22,646 nucleotides of DNA from Octopus sinensis (Eukaryota): assembly GCF_006345805.1 (NCBI RefSeq), contig NW_021823624.1, positions 1-22,646 of the forward strand, in the 5' to 3' direction. This document shows, one piece after another, positions 21,052 to 22,646 of this stretch (the stretch's first letter is position 1; every line of letters begins with the position of its first letter). The notes below the pieces were generated by a model. It made no database searches. It saw only the letters and a list, made by a program, of their open reading frames with translations, and was not told the DNA's origin. A program made the position numbers and the translations under genes.

Positions 21052-21324
21052 GTGTGTGTGTATGTGTGTGTGTGTGTGTCTATGTGTGTGTGTGTGTGTG
21101 TGAGTGTGTGTCTATGTGTCTGTGTTTGTTCCCCCCAGCATCACTTGACAACCGATGTTGGTGTGTTTACGTTCCCGTAACATTAGCGGTTCAGCAAAAG
21201 ACACGCATGGAATACGTACTAGGCTTACAAAGAATAAGTCCTGGAGTCAATTTGTTCGAGTGAAGGCAGTGCTCCAGCATAGCCGCAGTCAAATGACTAA
21301 AACAACCAAAAGAATAAAAGAATA
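20849..21324 (+). mobile_element. Full-length CORE-like OR-type SINE with internal (TA)n(TG)n
   Basis: Head GCAGGCGTGGCTGTGTCGTAAG, B-box-like GGGTTCAGTTC, CORE-like CTTGGACAAGTGTCTT..ACCTCAG, internal microsatellite 21009-21120, 3' body, and AAAAGAAT tail. Confidence 0.93.
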
Positions 21325-21327
21325 TAT

Positions 21328-21394
21328 TCTTCTATCCTTTTACTTGTTTCAGTCATTTGACTGCGGCCATACTGGAGCACCGCCTTTAATCGAT
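21328..21394 (-). mobile_element. 3' tail fragment of OR-type SINE, tail-to-tail with the preceding copy
   Basis: TTTTACTTGTTTCAGTCATTTGACTGCGGCCATACTGGAGCACCGCCTTT. Confidence 0.9.
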
Positions 21395-21851
21395 ACACAG
21401 ATGCATACATGCATGCATGCATACATACATACATACATACATACATACATACATACATACATGCATACATGCATACCTAATGCTAAATGCAAATCTGAGA
21501 GTGTTTCCCTTGTATGAGTCTTAAGATGCTTGGATGGAGCTCACGAGAGCCAAAGACGATTTGGAGAACGTAAACTCGAGACGGTCGGTTCTGCATGTGT
21601 CACTCGCACAATTTTTAAAAGACGGAATATGAGGGTAAACGCTTTGTTTGAAACTCCCGGGAAATATTTAAATATTTGCTTAAGCAACAGATAAATCAAG
21701 AGAAAACATGTTCAGATTTATCCTGCAGAAGGACCGGAAACATAGAACTCAGAGTACGGAGAGCTACGATCCTTTCTCGAATAATGTAAATAAATAATGC
21801 TCTTCGCTTATGCAATTGTATCCTGTAATTTATCGTTTCACGGCGAATTGC

Positions 21852-21854
<3 letters not shown>

Positions 21855-21920
<66 letters not shown>

Positions 21921-21948
21921 GAGAGAGACAGACAGAGACAGACAGAGA
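21855..21948. repeat. (TA)n(GA)n(GACA)n array
   Basis: Direct reading. Confidence 0.96.
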
Positions 21949-21949
21949 G

Positions 21950-22325
21950 GTGCAGGCGTAGCTGGGTGGTAAGAAGGCGGCGAGCTGGCAGAAACGTTAG
22001 CACGCCGGGTGAAATGTTTAATGGTATTTCGTCTGCGGTTAGGTTCTGAGTTCAAATTCCGCCGAGGTCGACTTTGCCTTTCATCCTTTCGGGGTCGATA
22101 AATTAAGTACCAGTTACGCACTGGGGTCGATGTAATCGACTTAATCCGTTTGTCTGTCCTTGTTTGTGCTCTCTGTGTTTAGCCCCTTGTGGGGAGTAAA
22201 GAAATAGGTGTCGAACAATGTCTTCTTTTAGAAAAGAAGTATGTTTCCCAACTAAATGATCTGTGTTCAGTCCCACTGCCTGGCGCCCTGAGTGAGCAAG
22301 CGTCTTCTATTATAGCCTCGGACCT
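21950..22325 (+). mobile_element. OR-type SINE head split by a nested insertion
   Basis: GTGCAGGCGTAGCTGGGTGGTAAGAAG (21950-21976) resumes at AAGAAG..TTCCCAAC..GTTCAGTCCCACTG..CTTCTATTATAGCCTCGGACC (22234-22325). Confidence 0.75.
21974..22208 (+). mobile_element. Young full-length tRNA-SINE monomer (nested)
   Basis: AAGGCGGCGAGCTGGCAGAAACG (A box)..GAGTTCAAATTCC (B box)..GTCGACTTTGCCTTTCATCCTTTCGGGGTCGATAAATTAAGTACC..AGTAAAGAAATAG; reverse complement of 3059-3296. Confidence 0.95.
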
Positions 22326-22390
22326 GGTGAGGGAATTCATTCGACAGAAACTGAGGAAGCTTGTTTTATATATAGATCCTCTCTTTCTGC

Positions 22391-22440
<50 letters not shown>

Positions 22441-22646
22441 ATGACACACTTGCTGGGCATTTCCTTTTTCTGACTGAAGGAGAGCCATGCCCGAAACAAC
22501 ACATCCACTTTTTTTACTGTCTTAAACCTTCTCTGAGCCTCAATCTAATACATTCACTCTGTACGTCTTTCCGCCTTCTGTTCTTTTCCTGTTTTCCATT
22601 TTTTAGTTGATGTATATATATATATATATATATATAACTGAATATG

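Noticed and set aside
22520-22542. CTTAAACCTTCTCTGAGCCTCA resembling the vertebrate MIR/CORE motif
   Set aside because: About 20 bp with no flanking SINE head or body; cannot be distinguished from chance.

Overview
AT-rich eukaryotic intronic or intergenic DNA, with no recognisable host gene, rRNA, true tRNA or CRISPR array. The SINE families and microsatellite load point to a coleoid cephalopod, most likely Octopus (inferred from recalled repeat sequences, not a database hit). Almost every ORF in the supplied track is an artefact of (CA)n, (TA)n, (TCTA)n or trinucleotide arrays. The window holds about 15 tRNA-derived SINE copies or fragments of several families and two decayed maT-type (DD37D) Tc1/mariner transposons. 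It also holds the 3' half of a classical mariner, an internally deleted R4/Dong-like non-LTR retrotransposon and a hAT-type MITE. The most interesting unexplained signal is three minimal type I hammerhead-ribozyme-like motifs, at 18086-18144 (-, best formed), 7596-7686 (-) and 8774-8831 (+). Such motifs are known from Penelope-like elements and retrozymes, and two of these share the same non-canonical base before GAAA. Other observations include a TSD-flanked SINE dimer, a 79-bp identical tract between otherwise diverged SINEs, fold-back SINE pairs that could form dsRNA, and a CTCF-like plus CRE-like motif cluster.
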